A stretch of DNA of 64,000 nucleotides. It comes from the human T2T-CHM13v2.0 reference genome, Homo sapiens. The DNA lies in the NCBI RefSeq assembly GCF_009914755.1, contig NC_060941.1; one strand, written 5' to 3'. The notes under the pieces were generated by a model, which did not search any database, was not told where the DNA came from, and saw only the letters and a list, made by a program, of their open reading frames with translations. This document shows positions 8,401-23,400 of this stretch, one piece after another (the stretch's first letter is position 1; every line of letters starts with the position of its first letter). The translations under genes and the position numbers were made by a program.

Positions 8401-11400
8401 ACATGCTTTTCGTAGTGTCTACAAGTGGACATTTGGAGCGCTTTCAGGCCTGTGGTGGAAAACGAATTATGGTCACATAAAAACTGGAGAGAAGCATTGT
8501 CAGAAACTTCTTTGTGATGATTGCATTCAACTCACAGGGTTGAAGGTTCCTTTTCAAAGAGCAGTTTCCAATCACTCTTTCTGTGGAATCTGCAAGTGGA
8601 TATTTGGACCTATTTTGAAGATTTCGTTGGAAACGGGAGAATCTTCACAGGAAAGCTAAACAGAAGCATTCTCAGAAACTTCTTTGTGATGCTTGCATTC
8701 AACTCACAGAGTTGAACTTTCCTTTCGAGAGAGAAGCTTTGAAACACTCTTTTTCCAGAATCTGCAAGTGGACATTTGGAGGGCTTTGAGGCCTGTGGTG
8801 GAAAAGGAATTATCTTCCCGTAAAAGCTAGATAGAAGCATTCTCAGAAACTACTTTGTGATGATTGCATTCAAGTCACAGAGTTGAACATTCCCTTTGAC
8901 AGAGCAGTTTGGAAACTCTCTTTGTGTAGAATCTGCAAGTGGAGATACGGACCGCTTTGAGGCCTATGGTAGTAAAGGAAATAGCTTCATATAAAAGCTA
9001 GACAGTAGCATTCACAGAAAACTCTTGGTGACGACTGAGTTTAACTCACAGAGCTGAACATTCCTTTGGATGGAGCAGTTTCGAAACACACTATTTGTAG
9101 AATGTGCAAGTGGATATTTAGGCCTCTCTGAGGATTTCGTTGGAAACGGGATAAACCGCACAGAACTAAACAGAAGCATTCTCAGAACCTTCTTCGTGAT
9201 GTTTGCATTCAACTCACAGTGTTGAACCTTTCTTTGATAGTTCAGGTTTGAAACGGTCTTTCTGTAGAAACTGCAAGTAGATATTTGGACCTCTCTGAGG
9301 ATTTCGTTGGAAACGGGATAACCCGCACAGAACTAAAACAGAAGCATTCTCAGAACCCTCTTCGTGATGTTTGCATTCAACTCACAGTGCTGAACCTTTC
9401 TTTGATAGTTCAGCTTTGAAACACTCTTTTTGTAGAAACTGCAAGTGGATATTTGGTCCTCTCTGAGCATTTCGTTGGAAACGGGATAAACTGCACAGAA
9501 CTAAACAGAAGCATTCTCAGAACCTTCTTCGTGATGTCTGCATTCAACTCACAGTGTGGAACCTTTCTTTGATAGTTCAGGTTTGAAACACTCTTTTTGT
9601 AGAAACTGCAAGGGGATCATTGCACTCTTTGAGGAGTACCGTAGTAAAGGAAATAACTTCCTATAAAAAGAAGACAGAAGCTTTCTCAGAAAATTCTTTG
9701 GGATGATTGAGTTGAACTCACAGAGCTGAGCATTCCTTGTGATGTAGCAGTTTAGAAACACACTTTCTGCAGAATCTGCAAGTGCATATTTGGACCTCTG
9801 TGAGGAATTCGTTGGAAACGGGATAATTTCAGCTGACTAAACAGAAGCAGTCTCAGAATCTTCTTTGTGATGTTTGCATTCAAATCCCCGAGTTGAACTT
9901 TCCTTTCAAAGTTCACGTTTGAAACACTCTTTTTGCAGGATCTACAAGTGGATATTTGGACCACTCTGTGTCCTTCGTTCGAAACGGGTATATCTTCACA
10001 TGACATCTAGACAGAAGCATCCTCAGAAGCTTCTCTGTGATGACTGCATTCAACTCACGGAGTTGAACACTCCTTTTGAGAGCGCAGTTTTGAAACTCTC
10101 TTTCTGTGGCATCTGCAAGGGGACATGTAGACCTCCTTGAAGATTTCGTTGGAAACGGAATCATCTTCACATAAAAACTACACAGATGCATTCTCAGGAA
10201 CTTTTTGGTGATGTTTGTATTCAACTCCCAGAGTTGAACTTTCCTTTGGAAAGAGCAGCTATGAAACACTGTTTTTCTAGAATCTGCAAGTGGACGTTTG
10301 GAGGGCTTTGTGGTTTGTGGTGGAAAAGGAAATATCTTCACCTAAATACTAGATAGAAGCATTCTCAGAAACTGCTTTGTGATGATTGCATTCACCTCAC
10401 AGAGTTGAACATTCCTATTGATAGAGCAGTTTGGAAACACTCTTGTTGTGGAATGTGCAAGTGGAGATTTGGAGCGCTTTGAGGCCTATGGTAGTAAAGG
10501 GAATAGCTTCATAGAAAAACTAGACAGAAGCATTCTCAGAAAATACTTTGTGATGATTGAGTTTAACTCACAGAGCTGAACATTCCTTTGGATGGAGCAG
10601 GTTTGAGACACACTTTTTGTAGAATCTACAAGTGGATATTTGGACCTCTCTGAGGATTTCGTTGGAAACGGGATAACTGCACCTAACTAAACGGAAGCAT
10701 TCTCAGAAACTTCTTGGTGATGTTTGCATTCAAATCCCAGAGTTGAACCTTCCTTTGATAGTTCAGGTTTGAAGCACTCTTTTTGTAGGATCTGCAAGTG
10801 GATATTTGGACCACTCTGTGGCCTTCGTTCGAAACGGGTATATCTTCGCATAAAATCTAGACAGAAGCCTTCTCAGAAACTTCTCTGTGATGATTGCATT
10901 CAACTCACAGAGTTGAACCCTCCTATGGATAGAGCAGTGTTGAAACTCTCTTTTTGTGGAATCTGCAAGTGGATATGTGGACCTCTCCGAAGATGTCTTT
11001 GGAAACGGGAATATCTTCACATAAAAACTAAACAGAAGCATTCTCAGAAACTTCTCTGTGATGTTTGTGTTCAACTCCCAGAGTTTCACATTGCTTTTCA
11101 TAGAGTAGTTCTGAAACATGCTTTTCGTAGTGTCTACAAGTGGACATTTGGAGCGCTTTCAGGCCTGTGGTGGAAAACGAATTATGGTCACATAAAAACT
11201 GGAGAGAAGCATTGTCAGAAACTTCTTTGTGATGATTGCATTCAACTCACAGAGTTGAAGGTTCCTTTTCAAAGAGCAGTTTCCAATCACTCTTTGTGTG
11301 GAATCTGCAAGTGGATATTTGGACCTATTTTGAAGATTTCGTTGGAAACGGGAGAATCTTCACAGGAAAGCTAAACAGAAGCATTCTCAGAAACTTCTTT

Positions 11401-14400
11401 GTGATGCTTGCATTCAACTCACAGAGTTGAACTTTCCTTTCGAGAGAGAAGCTTTGAAACACTCTTTTTCCAGAATCTGCAAGTGGACATTTGGAGGGCT
11501 TTGAGGCCTGTGGTGGAAAAGGAATTATCTTCCCGTAAAAGCTAGATAGAAGCATTCTCAGAAACTACTTTGTGATGATTGCATTCAAGTCACAGAGTTG
11601 AACATTCCCTTTGACAGAGCAGTTTGGAAACTCTCTTTGTGTAGAATCTGCAAGTGGAGATATGGACCGCTTTGAGGCCTATGGTAGTAAAGGAAATAGC
11701 TTCATATAAAAGCTAGACAGTAGCATTCACAGAAAACTCTTGGTGACGACTGAGTTTAACTCACAGAGCTGAACATTCCTTTGGATGGAGCAGTTTCGAA
11801 ACACACTATTTGTAGAATGTGCAAGTGGATATTTAGGCCTCTCTGAGGATTTCGTTGGAAACGGGATAAACCGCACAGAACTAAACAGAAGCATTCTCAG
11901 AACCTTCTTCGTGATGTTTGCATTCAACTCACAGTGTTGAACCTTTCTTTGATAGTTCAGGTTTGAAACGGTCTTTCTGTAGAAACTGCAAGTAGATATT
12001 TGGACCTCTCTGAGGATTTCGTTGGAAACGGGATAACCCGCACAGAACTAAAACAGAAGCATTCTCAGAACCCTCTTCGTGATGTTTGCATTCAACTCAC
12101 AGTGCTGAACCTTTCTTTGATAGTTCAGCTTTGAAACACTCTTTTTGTAGAAACTGCAAGTGGATATTTGGTCCTCTCTGAGCATTTCGTTGGAAACGGG
12201 ATAAACTGCACAGAACTAAACAGAAGCATTCTCAGAACCTTCTTCGTGATGTCTGCATTCAACTCACAGTGTGGAACCTTTCTTTGATAGTTCAGGTTTG
12301 AAACACTCTTTTTGTAGAAACTGCAAGGGGATCATTGCACTCTTTGAGGAGTACCGTAGTAAAGGAAATAACTTCCTATAAAAAGAAGACAGAAGCTTTC
12401 TCAGAAAATTCTTTGGGATGATTGAGTTGAACTCACAGAGCTGAGCATTCCTTGCGATGTAGCAGTTTAGAAACACACTTTCTGCAGAATCTGCAAGTGC
12501 ATATTTGGACCTCTGTGAGGAATTCGTTGGAAACGGGATAATTTCAGCTGACTAAACAGAAGCAGTCTCAGAATCTTCTTTGTGATGTTTGCATTCAAAT
12601 CCCCGAGTTGAACTTTCCTTTCAAAGTTCACGTTTGAAACACTCTTTTTGCAGGATCTACAAGTGGATATTTGGACCACTCTGTGTCCTTCGTTCGAAAC
12701 GGGTATATCTTCACATGACATCTAGACAGAAGCATCCTCAGAAGCTTCTCTGTGATGACTGCATTCAACTCACGGAGTTGAACACTCCTTTTGAGAGCGC
12801 AGTTTTGAAACTCTCTTTCTGTGGCATCTGCAAGGGGACATGTAGACCTCCTTGAAGATTTCGTTGGAAACGGAATCATCTTCACATAAAAACTACACAG
12901 ATGCATTCTCAGGAACTTTTTGGTGATGTTTGTATTCAACTCCCAGAGTTGAACTTTCCTTTGGAAAGAGCAGCTATGAAACACTCTTTTTCTAGAATCT
13001 GCAAGTGGACGTTTGGAGGGCTTTGTGGTTTGTGGTGGAAAAGGAAATATCTTCACCTAAATACTAGATAGAAGCATTCTCAGAAACTGCTTTGTGATGA
13101 TTGCATTCACCTCACAGAGTTGAACATTCCTATTGATAGAGCAGTTTGGAAACACTCTTGTTGTGGAATGTGCAAGTGGAGATTTGGAGCGCTTTGAGGC
13201 CTATGGTAGTAAAGGGAATAGCTTCATAGAAAAACTAGACAGAAGCATTCTCAGAAAATACTTTGTGATGATTGAGTTTAACTCACAGAGCTGAACATTC
13301 CTTTGGATGGAGCAGGTTTGAGACACACTTTTTGTAGAATCTACAAGTGGATATTTGGACCTCTCTGAGGATTTCGTTGGAAACGGGATAACTGCACCTA
13401 ACTAAACGGAAGCATTCTCAGAAACTTCTTGGTGATGTTTGCATTCAAATCCCAGAGTTGAACCTTCCTTTGATAGTTCAGGTTTGAAACACTCTTTTTG
13501 TAGGATCTGCAAGTGGATATTTGGACCACTCTGTGGCCTTCGTTCGAAACGGGTATATCTTCGCATAAAATCTAGACAGAAGCCTTCTCAGAAACTTCTC
13601 TGTGATGATTGCATTCAACTCACAGAGTTGAACCCTCCTATGGATAGAGCAGTGTTGAAACTCTCTTTTTGTGGAATCTGCAAGTGGATATGTGGACCTC
13701 TCCGAAGATGTCTTTGGAAACGGGAATATCTTCACATAAAAACTAAACAGAAGCATTCTCAGAAACTTCTCTGTGATGTTTGTGTTCAACTCCCAGAGTT
13801 TCACATTGCTTTTCATAGAGTAGTTCTGAAACATGCTTTTCGTAGTGTCTACAAGTGGACATTTGGAGCGCTTTCAGGCCTGTGGTGGAAAACGAATTAT
13901 GGTCACATAAAAACTGGAGAGAAGCATTGTCAGAAACTTCTTTGTGATGATTGCATTCAACTCACAGAGTTGAAGGTTCCTTTTCAAAGAGCAGTTTCCA
14001 ATCACTCTTTGTGTGGAATCTGCAAGTGGATATTTGGACCTATTTTGAAGATTTCGTTGGAAACGGGAGAATCTTCACAGGAAAGCTAAACAGAAGCATT
14101 CTCAGAAACTTCTTTGTGATGCTTGCATTCAACTCACAGAGTTGAACTTTCCTTTCGAGAGAGAAGCTTTGAAACACTCTTTTTCCAGAATCTGCAAGTG
14201 GACATTTGGAGGGCTTTGAGGCCTGTGGTGGAAAAGGAATTATCTTCCCGTAAAAGCTAGATAGAAGCATTCTCAGAAACTACTTTGTGATGATTGCATT
14301 CAAGTCACAGAGTTGAACATTCCCTTTGACAGAGCAGTTTGGAAACTCTCTTTGTGTAGAATCTGCAAGTGGAGATATGGACCGCTTTGAGGCCTATGGT

Positions 14401-17400
14401 AGTAAAGGAAATAGCTTCATATAAAAGCTAGACAGTAGCATTCACAGAAAACTCTTGGTGACGACTGAGTTTAACTCACAGAGCTGAACATTCCTTTGGA
14501 TGGAGCAGTTTCGAAACACACTATTTGTAGAATGTGCAAGTGGATATTTAGGCCTCTCTGAGGATTTCGTTGGAAACGGGATAAACCGCACAGAACTAAA
14601 CAGAAGCATTCTCAGAACCTTCTTCGTGATGTTTGCATTCAACTCACAGTGTTGAACCTTTCTTTGATAGTTCAGGTTTGAAACGGTCTTTCTGTAGAAA
14701 CTGCAAGTAGATATTTGGACCTCTCTGAGGATTTCGTTGGAAACGGGATAACCCGCACAGAACTAAAACAGAAGCATTCTCAGAACCCTCTTCGTGATGT
14801 TTGCATTCAACTCACAGTGCTGAACCTTTCTTTGATAGTTCAGCTTTGAAACACTCTTTTTGTAGAAACTGCAAGTGGATATTTGGTCCTCTCTGAGCAT
14901 TTCGTTGGAAACGGGATAAACTGCACAGAACTAAACAGAAGCATTCTCAGAACCTTCTTCGTGATGTCTGCATTCAACTCACAGTGTGGAACCTTTCTTT
15001 GATAGTTCAGGTTTGAAACACTCTTTTTGTAGAAACTGCAAGGGGATCATTGCACTCTTTGAGGAGTACCGTAGTAAAGGAAATAACTTCCTATAAAAAG
15101 AAGACAGAAGCTTTCTCAGAAAATTCTTTGGGATGATTGAGTTGAACTCACAGAGCTGAGCATTCCTTGTGATGTAGCAGTTTAGAAACACACTTTCTGC
15201 AGAATCTGCAAGTGCATATTTGGACCTCTGTGAGGAATTCGTTGGAAACGGGATAATTTCAGCTGACTAAACAGAAGCAGTCTCAGAATCTTCTTTGTGA
15301 TGTTTGCATTCAAATCCCCGAGTTGAACTTTCCTTTCAAAGTTCACGTTTGAAACACTCTTTTTGCAGGATCTACAAGTGGATATTTGGACCACTCTGTG
15401 TCCTTCGTTCGAAACGGGTATATCTTCACATGACATCTAGACAGAAGCATCCTCAGAAGCTTCTCTGTGATGACTGCATTCAACTCACGGAGTTGAACAC
15501 TCCTTTTGAGAGCGCAGTTTTGAAACTCTCTTTCTGTGGCATCTGCAAGGGGACATGTAGACCTCCTTGAAGATTTCGTTGGAAACGGAATCATCTTCAC
15601 ATAAAAACTACACAGATGCATTCTCAGGAACTTTTTGGTGATGTTTGTATTCAACTCCCAGAGTTGAACTTTCCTTTGGAAAGAGCAGCTATGAAACACT
15701 GTTTTTCTAGAATCTGCAAGTGGACGTTTGGAGGGCTTTGTGGTTTGTGGTGGAAAAGGAAATATCTTCACCTAAATACTAGATAGAAGCATTCTCAGAA
15801 ACTGCTTTGTGATGATTGCATTCACCTCACAGAGTTGAACATTCCTATTGATAGAGCAGTTTGGAAACACTCTTGTTGTGGAATGTGCAAGTGGAGATTT
15901 GGAGCGCTTTGAGGCCTATGGTAGTAAAGGGAATAGCTTCATAGAAAAACTAGACAGAAGCATTCTCAGAAAATACTTTGTGATGATTGAGTTTAACTCA
16001 CAGAGCTGAACATTCCTTTGGATGGAGCAGGTTTGAGACACACTTTTTGTAGAATCTACAAGTGGATATTTGGACCTCTCTGAGGATTTCGTTGGAAACG
16101 GGATAACTGCACCTAACTAAACGGAAGCATTCTCAGAAACTTCTTGGTGATGTTTGCATTCAAATCCCAGAGTTGAACCTTCCTTTGATAGTTCAGGTTT
16201 GAAGCACTCTTTTTGTAGGATCTGCAAGTGGATATTTGGACCACTCTGTGGCCTTCGTTCGAAACGGGTATATCTTCGCATAAAATCTAGACAGAAGCCT
16301 TCTCAGAAACTTCTCTGTGATGATTGCATTCAACTCACAGAGTTGAACCCTCCTATGGATAGAGCAGTGTTGAAACTCTCTTTTTGTGGAATCTGCAAGT
16401 GGATATGTGGACCTCTCCGAAGATGTCTTTGGAAACGGGAATATCTTCACATAAAAACTAAACAGAAGCATTCTCAGAAACTTCTCTGTGATGTTTGTGT
16501 TCAACTCCCAGAGTTTCACATTGCTTTTCATAGAGTAGTTCTGAAACATGCTTTTCGTAGTGTCTACAAGTGGACATTTGGAGCGCTTTCAGGCCTGTGG
16601 TGGAAAACGAATTATGGTCACATAAAAACTGGAGAGAAGCATTGTCAGAAACTTCTTTGTGATGATTGCATTCAACTCACAGAGTTGAAGGTTCCTTTTC
16701 AAAGAGCAGTTTCCAATCACTCTTTGTGTGGAATCTGCAAGTGGATATTTGGACCTATTTTGAAGATTTCGTTGGAAACGGGAGAATCTTCACAGGAAAG
16801 CTAAACAGAAGCATTCTCAGAAACTTCTTTGTGATGCTTGCATTCAACTCACAGAGTTGAACTTTCCTTTCGAGAGAGAAGCTTTGAAACACTCTTTTTC
16901 CAGAATCTGCAAGTGGACATTTGGAGGGCTTTGAGGCCTGTGGTGGAAAAGGAATTATCTTCCCGTAAAAGCTAGATAGAAGCATTCTCAGAAACTACTT
17001 TGTGATGATTGCATTCAAGTCACAGAGTTGAACATTCCCTTTGACAGAGCAGTTTGGAAACTCTCTTTGTGTAGAATCTGCAAGTGGAGATATGGACCGC
17101 TTTGAGGCCTATGGTAGTAAAGGAAATAGCTTCATATAAAAGCTAGACAGTAGCATTCACAGAAAACTCTTGGTGACGACTGAGTTTAACTCACAGAGCT
17201 GAACATTCCTTTGGATGGAGCAGTTTCGAAACACACTATTTGTAGAATGTGCAAGTGGATATTTAGGCCTCTCTGAGGATTTCGTTGGAAACGGGATAAA
17301 CCGCACAGAACTAAACAGAAGCATTCTCAGAACCTTCTTCGTGATGTTTGCATTCAACTCACAGTGTTGAACCTTTCTTTGATAGTTCAGGTTTGAAACG

Positions 17401-20400
17401 GTCTTTCTGTAGAAACTGCAAGTAGATATTTGGACCTCTCTGAGGATTTCGTTGGAAACGGGATAACCCGCACAGAACTAAAACAGAAGCATTCTCAGAA
17501 CCCTCTTCGTGATGTTTGCATTCAACTCACAGTGCTGAACCTTTCTTTGATAGTTCAGCTTTGAAACACTCTTTTTGTAGAAACTGCAAGTGGATATTTG
17601 GTCCTCTCTGAGCATTTCGTTGGAAACGGGATAAACTGCACAGAACTAAACAGAAGCATTCTCAGAACCTTCTTCGTGATGTCTGCATTCAACTCACAGT
17701 GTGGAACCTTTCTTTGATAGTTCAGGTTTGAAACACTCTTTTTGTAGAAACTGCAAGGGGATAATTGCACTCTTTGAGGAGTACCGTAGTAAAGGAAATA
17801 ACTTCCTATAAAAAGAAGACAGAAGCTTTCTCAGAAAATTCTTTGGGATGATTGAGTTGAACTCACAGAGCTGAGCATTCCTTGCGATGTAGCAGTTTAG
17901 AAACACACTTTCTGCAGAATCTGCAAGTGCATATTTGGACCTCTGTGAGGAATTCGTTGGAAACGGGATAATTTCAGCTGACTAAACAGAAGCAGTCTCA
18001 GAATCTTCTTTGTGATGTTTGCATTCAAATCCCCGAGTTGAACTTTCCTTTCAAAGTTCACGTTTGAAACACTCTTTTTGCAGGATCTACAAGTGGATAT
18101 TTGGACCACTCTGTGTCCTTCGTTCGAAACGGGTATATCTTCACATGACATCTAGACAGAAGCATCCTCAGAAGCTTCTCTGTGATGACTGCATTCAACT
18201 CACGGAGTTGAACACTCCTTTTGAGAGCGCAGTTTTGAAACTCTCTTTCTGTGGCATCTGCAAGGGGACATGTAGACCTCCTTGAAGATTTCGTTGGAAA
18301 CGGAATCATCTTCACATAAAAACTACACAGATGCATTCTCAGGAACTTTTTGGTGATGTTTGTATTCAACTCCCAGAGTTGAACTTTCCTTTGGAAAGAG
18401 CAGCTATGAAACACTGTTTTTCTAGAATCTGCAAGTGGACGTTTGGAGGGCTTTGTGGTTTGTGGTGGAAAAGGAAATATCTTCACCTAAATACTAGATA
18501 GAAGCATTCTCAGAAACTGCTTTGTGATGATTGCATTCACCTCACAGAGTTGAACATTCCTATTGATAGAGCAGTTTGGAAACACTCTTGTTGTGGAATG
18601 TGCAAGTGGAGATTTGGAGCGCTTTGAGGCCTATGGTAGTAAAGGGAATAGCTTCATAGAAAAACTAGACAGAAGCATTCTCAGAAAATACTTTGTGATG
18701 ATTGAGTTTAACTCACAGAGCTGAACATTCCTTTGGATGGAGCAGGTTTGAGACACACTTTTTGTAGAATCTACAAGTGGATATTTGGACCTCTCTGAGG
18801 ATTTCGTTGGAAACGGGATAACTGCACCTAACTAAACGGAAGCATTCTCAGAAACTTCTTGGTGATGTTTGCATTCAAATCCCAGAGTTGAACCTTCCTT
18901 TGATAGTTCAGGTTTGAAACACTCTTTTTGTAGGATCTGCAAGTGGATATTTGGACCACTCTGTGGCCTTCGTTCGAAACGGGTATATCTTCGCATAAAA
19001 TCTAGACAGAAGCCTTCTCAGAAACTTCTCTGTGATGATTGCATTCAACTCACAGAGTTGAACCCTCCTATGGATAGAGCAGTGTTGAAACTCTCTTTTT
19101 GTGGAATCTGCAAGTGGATATGTGGACCTCTCCGAAGATGTCTTTGGAAACGGGAATATCTTCACATAAAAACTAAACAGAAGCATTCTCAGAAACTTCT
19201 CTGTGATGTTTGTGTTCAACTCCCAGAGTTTCACATTGCTTTTCATAGAGTAGTTCTGAAACATGCTTTTCGTAGTGTCTACAAGTGGACATTTGGAGCG
19301 CTTTCAGGCCTGTGGTGGAAAACGAATTATGGTCACATAAAAACTGGAGAGAAGCATTGTCAGAAACTTCTTTGTGATGATTGCATTCAACTCACAGAGT
19401 TGAAGGTTCCTTTTCAAAGAGCAGTTTCCAATCACTCTTTGTGTGGAATCTGCAAGTGGATATTTGGACCTATTTTGAAGATTTCGTTGGAAACGGGAGA
19501 ATCTTCACAGGAAAGCTAAACAGAAGCATTCTCAGAAACTTCTTTGTGATGCTTGCATTCAACTCACAGAGTTGAACTTTCCTTTCGAGAGAGAAGCTTT
19601 GAAACACTCTTTTTCCAGAATCTGCAAGTGGACATTTGGAGGGCTTTGAGGCCTGTGGTGGAAAAGGAATTATCTTCCCGTAAAAGCTAGATAGAAGCAT
19701 TCTCAGAAACTACTTTGTGATGATTGCATTCAAGTCACAGAGTTGAACATTCCCTTTGACAGAGCAGTTTGGAAACTCTCTTTGTGTAGAATCTGCAAGT
19801 GGAGATATGGACCGCTTTGAGGCCTATGGTAGTAAAGGAAATAGCTTCATATAAAAGCTAGACAGTAGCATTCACAGAAAACTCTTGGTGACGACTGAGT
19901 TTAACTCACAGAGCTGAACATTCCTTTGGATGGAGCAGTTTCGAAACACACTATTTGTAGAATGTGCAAGTGGATATTTAGGCCTCTCTGAGGATTTCGT
20001 TGGAAACGGGATAAACCGCACAGAACTAAACAGAAGCATTCTCAGAACCTTCTTCGTGATGTTTGCATTCAACTCACAGTGTTGAACCTTTCTTTGATAG
20101 TTCAGGTTTGAAACGGTCTTTCTGTAGAAACTGCAAGTAGATATTTGGACCTCTCTGAGGATTTCGTTGGAAACGGGATAACCCGCACAGAACTAAAACA
20201 GAAGCATTCTCAGAACCCTCTTCGTGATGTTTGCATTCAACTCACAGTGCTGAACCTTTCTTTGATAGTTCAGCTTTGAAACACTCTTTTTGTAGAAACT
20301 GCAAGTGGATATTTGGTCCTCTCTGAGCATTTCGTTGGAAACGGGATAAACTGCACAGAACTAAACAGAAGCATTCTCAGAACCTTCTTCGTGATGTCTG

Positions 20401-23400
20401 CATTCAACTCACAGTGTGGAACCTTTCTTTGATAGTTCAGGTTTGAAACACTCTTTTTGTAGAAACTGCAAGGGGATCATTGCACTCTTTGAGGAGTACC
20501 GTAGTAAAGGAAATAACTTCCTATAAAAAGAAGACAGAAGCTTTCTCAGAAAATTCTTTGGGATGATTGAGTTGAACTCACAGAGCTGAGCATTCCTTGT
20601 GATGTAGCAGTTTAGAAACACACTTTCTGCAGAATCTGCAAGTGCATATTTGGACCTCTGTGAGGAATTCGTTGGAAACGGGATAATTTCAGCTGACTAA
20701 ACAGAAGCAGTCTCAGAATCTTCTTTGTGATGTTTGCATTCAAATCCCCGAGTTGAACTTTCCTTTCAAAGTTCACGTTTGAAACACTCTTTTTGCAGGA
20801 TCTACAAGTGGATATTTGGACCACTCTGTGTCCTTCGTTCGAAACGGGTATATCTTCACATGACATCTAGACAGAAGCATCCTCAGAAGCTTCTCTGTGA
20901 TGACTGCATTCAACTCACGGAGTTGAACACTCCTTTTGAGAGCGCAGTTTTGAAACTCTCTTTCTGTGGCATCTGCAAGGGGACATGTAGACCTCCTTGA
21001 AGATTTCGTTGGAAACGGAATCATCTTCACATAAAAACTACACAGATGCATTCTCAGGAACTTTTTGGTGATGTTTGTATTCAACTCCCAGAGTTGAACT
21101 TTCCTTTGGAAAGAGCAGCTATGAAACACTGTTTTTCTAGAATCTGCAAGTGGACGTTTGGAGGGCTTTGTGGTTTGTGGTGGAAAAGGAAATATCTTCA
21201 CCTAAATACTAGATAGAAGCATTCTCAGAAACTGCTTTGTGATGATTGCATTCACCTCACAGAGTTGAACATTCCTATTGATAGAGCAGTTTGGAAACAC
21301 TCTTGTTGTGGAATGTGCAAGTGGAGATTTGGAGCGCTTTGAGGCCTATGGTAGTAAAGGGAATAGCTTCATAGAAAAACTAGACAGAAGCATTCTCAGA
21401 AAATACTTTGTGATGATTGAGTTTAACTCACAGAGCTGAACATTCCTTTGGATGGAGCAGGTTTGAGACACACTTTTTGTAGAATCTACAAGTGGATATT
21501 TGGACCTCTCTGAGGATTTCGTTGGAAACGGGATAACTGCACCTAACTAAACGGAAGCATTCTCAGAAACTTCTTGGTGATGTTTGCATTCAAATCCCAG
21601 AGTTGAACCTTCCTTTGATAGTTCAGGTTTGAAGCACTCTTTTTGTAGGATCTGCAAGTGGATATTTGGACCACTCTGTGGCCTTCGTTCGAAACGGGTA
21701 TATCTTCACATAAAATCTAGACAGAAGCCTTCTCAGAAACTTCTCTGTGATGATTGCATTCAACTCACAGAGTTGAACCCTCCTATGGATAGAGCAGTGT
21801 TGAAACTCTCTTTTTGTGGAATCTGCAAGTGGATATGTGGACCTCTCCGAAGATGTCTTTGGAAACGGGAATATCTTCACATAAAAACTAAACAGAAGCA
21901 TTCTCAGAAACTTCTCTGTGATGTTTGTGTTCAACTCCCAGAGTTTCACATTGCTTTTCATAGAGTAGTTCTGAAACATGCTTTTCGTAGTGTCTACAAG
22001 TGGACATTTGGAGCGCTTTCAGGCCTGTGGTGGAAAACGAATTATGGTCACATAAAAACTGGAGAGAAGCATTGTCAGAAACTTCTTTGTGATGATTGCA
22101 TTCAACTCACAGAGTTGAAGGTTCCTTTTCAAAGAGCAGTTTCCAATCACTCTTTGTGTGGAATCTGCAAGTGGATATTTGGACCTATTTTGAAGATTTC
22201 GTTGGAAACGGGAGAATCTTCACAGGAAAGCTAAACAGAAGCATTCTCAGAAACTTCTTTGTGATGCTTGCATTCAACTCACAGAGTTGAACTTTCCTTT
22301 CGAGAGAGAAGCTTTGAAACACTCTTTTTCCAGAATCTGCAAGTGGACATTTGGAGGGCTTTGAGGCCTGTGGTGGAAAAGGAATTATCTTCCCGTAAAA
22401 GCTAGATAGAAGCATTCTCAGAAACTACTTTGTGATGATTGCATTCAAGTCACAGAGTTGAACATTCCCTTTGACAGAGCAGTTTGGAAACTCTCTTTGT
22501 GTAGAATCTGCAAGTGGAGATATGGACCGCTTTGAGGCCTATGGTAGTAAAGGAAATAGCTTCATATAAAAGCTAGACAGTAGCATTCACAGAAAACTCT
22601 TGGTGACGACTGAGTTTAACTCACAGAGCTGAACATTCCTTTGGATGGAGCAGTTTCGAAACACACTATTTGTAGAATGTGCAAGTGGATATTTAGGCCT
22701 CTCTGAGGATTTCGTTGGAAACGGGATAAACCGCACAGAACTAAACAGAAGCATTCTCAGAACCTTCTTCGTGATGTTTGCATTCAACTCACAGTGTTGA
22801 ACCTTTCTTTGATAGTTCAGGTTTGAAACGGTCTTTCTGTAGAAACTGCAAGTAGATATTTGGACCTCTCTGAGGATTTCGTTGGAAACGGGATAACCCG
22901 CACAGAACTAAAACAGAAGCATTCTCAGAACCCTCTTCGTGATGTTTGCATTCAACTCACAGTGCTGAACCTTTCTTTGATAGTTCAGCTTTGAAACACT
23001 CTTTTTGTAGAAACTGCAAGTGGATATTTGGTCCTCTCTGAGCATTTCGTTGGAAACGGGATAAACTGCACAGAACTAAACAGAAGCATTCTCAGAACCT
23101 TCTTCGTGATGTCTGCATTCAACTCACAGTGTGGAACCTTTCTTTGATAGTTCAGGTTTGAAACACTCTTTTTGTAGAAACTGCAAGGGGATCATTGCAC
23201 TCTTTGAGGAGTACCGTAGTAAAGGAAATAACTTCCTATAAAAAGAAGACAGAAGCTTTCTCAGAAAATTCTTTGGGATGATTGAGTTGAACTCACAGAG
23301 CTGAGCATTCCTTGCGATGTAGCAGTTTAGAAACACACTTTCTGCAGAATCTGCAAGTGCATATTTGGACCTCTGTGAGGAATTCGTTGGAAACGGGATA

